A DNA stretch of 63,380 bases, the filler included, from Sphacelaria rigidula (taxonomy: Eukaryota), in assembly GCA_964200075.2 (NCBI GenBank). It is 8 parts of 8 records of this genome, joined end to end, with 100 filler letters (N's around TTAATTAATTAA, not from the genome) between each part and the next. Parts side by side here need not be neighbours in the genome. Positions count along the whole stretch, not along the records: positions 55,547 to 63,380 come from CAXNAA020013310.1; 7 more parts are not named here. One strand, given 5' to 3'. Below the pieces are notes generated by a model. That model was not told the DNA's origin and did no database searches. It saw only the letters and a list, made by a program, of their open reading frames with translations. The stretch's first letter is position 1, and every line of letters begins with the position of its first letter. Positions 62,336-63,380 of this stretch are shown here, piece by piece. A program made the translations under genes and the position numbers.

Positions 62336-63380
62336 ACTGAAGTAGCACGAGGAAATATCGCACACCGTTTGCCTGGTTCGTGCAGTGGGGCATGCTAACT
62401 ACTAACCACTAGGGTCATCACTACCAGGTCGGTCATTTGGAAACTGAGATACGTGACTTTTTCATGTATGTGTATGCTTCACCCTTCGACCGCGGACGTA
62501 GTCCATCTGGACTATGCGCAGTTTTTCCAAGTGATATGATGCCAATTCAACAAATGACCTACTACTCTCGCTGTCCAAGGGATACGGGAGGTTGCTGAGG
62601 CTCGACGTACTGACTACAGTAGTATCGTACTAACTATCGTGTGACTCGGCCCTGCCGCCACGATCAATTTCATTTCTTCACGAGAACTGTTGAGAGTCAG
62701 TGTACGATGCATGTGTATCGTGATTATATCGTATTCCATCTCCTGAATAAACGTTGGATACAGGAGGGGATTTGTCGACCTGTGTGCGTATGGGTTGCTC
62801 ACGACACGCGCGCCTCGCCAAACTTGCCCGAACTACTGGTAGGTTTACGAGGCAAACGACACTAAAGATGAATGCAATCATCGTAAGTGATATGGTTGGG
62901 GAGGGCGGCGTGTCCGCCATCTCAGCGGTCTTCATTCCAAGAATCTCTGTACACGGCAACTGACCGCATCCGCCAACGCCTCGGCAATAAACTAGGGGAC
63001 AGCATGTTGGGTGCCCCCCCCCCCTCCCCCCTCCCTTCTTCCTTCAAAACTCCAATTTTCGATCTTGGGGCCTACGTATCCCGAAATCTTTCCCCGTAGC
63101 CCCCTGCACGCACGCGGTATCTTTTTACAGTCCAGTATTGAGCCGCTATCGAGAGAGTGACCTTAAAGAGACGACGACGCTGAGATTTGAGAAACTCAAG
63201 TTCTCCAGGCTGGGCACTGCCTGAGTGCGGTTCATTGCACAACAGCCAGCGTAAAAAGTGTGATTTCCCGCTAGCACAGAGAAAAGTCAGGCGAAGTCTC
63301 TGTTTTTTTCTCTGGTTTCTTCATGGCGGGCTTAGGCCGCTTCTTACAATAGACAAAAATAAAAACCTGGAAAAGTGTAT

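Overview
This is not one locus. It is eight unrelated contigs (7836, 7835 x6 and 7834 bp, i.e. length-sorted) joined by 100-nt N/TTAATTAATTAA spacers, so nothing should be linked across a spacer. The contigs share repeat families and look like one intron- and transposon-rich eukaryote with a secondary plastid, most likely a brown alga (inference). Host genes: a complete 3-exon, probably plastid-targeted sigma-70 factor with atypical promoter-recognition residues; three exons of an ABCD/YddA-type ABC transporter; two exons resembling DNA-PKcs; and the last exon of a GNAT acetyltransferase. The rest is mostly mobile DNA: a dead Ty1/copia element with five nested insertions, an RTE LINE fragment, a tRNA-derived SINE and many MITE/foldback families. 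The most interesting signal is an abundant non-coding retroposon-like family (eight copies, here 'family A'). It has a fixed 3' end (GAGTACR) that nearly always abuts a poly(C) tract, variable 5' truncation, and about 14-17 bp target duplications starting inside the C-run. No CRISPR array, rRNA, intact tRNA or prokaryotic system was found. All calls are by eye, without database searches.
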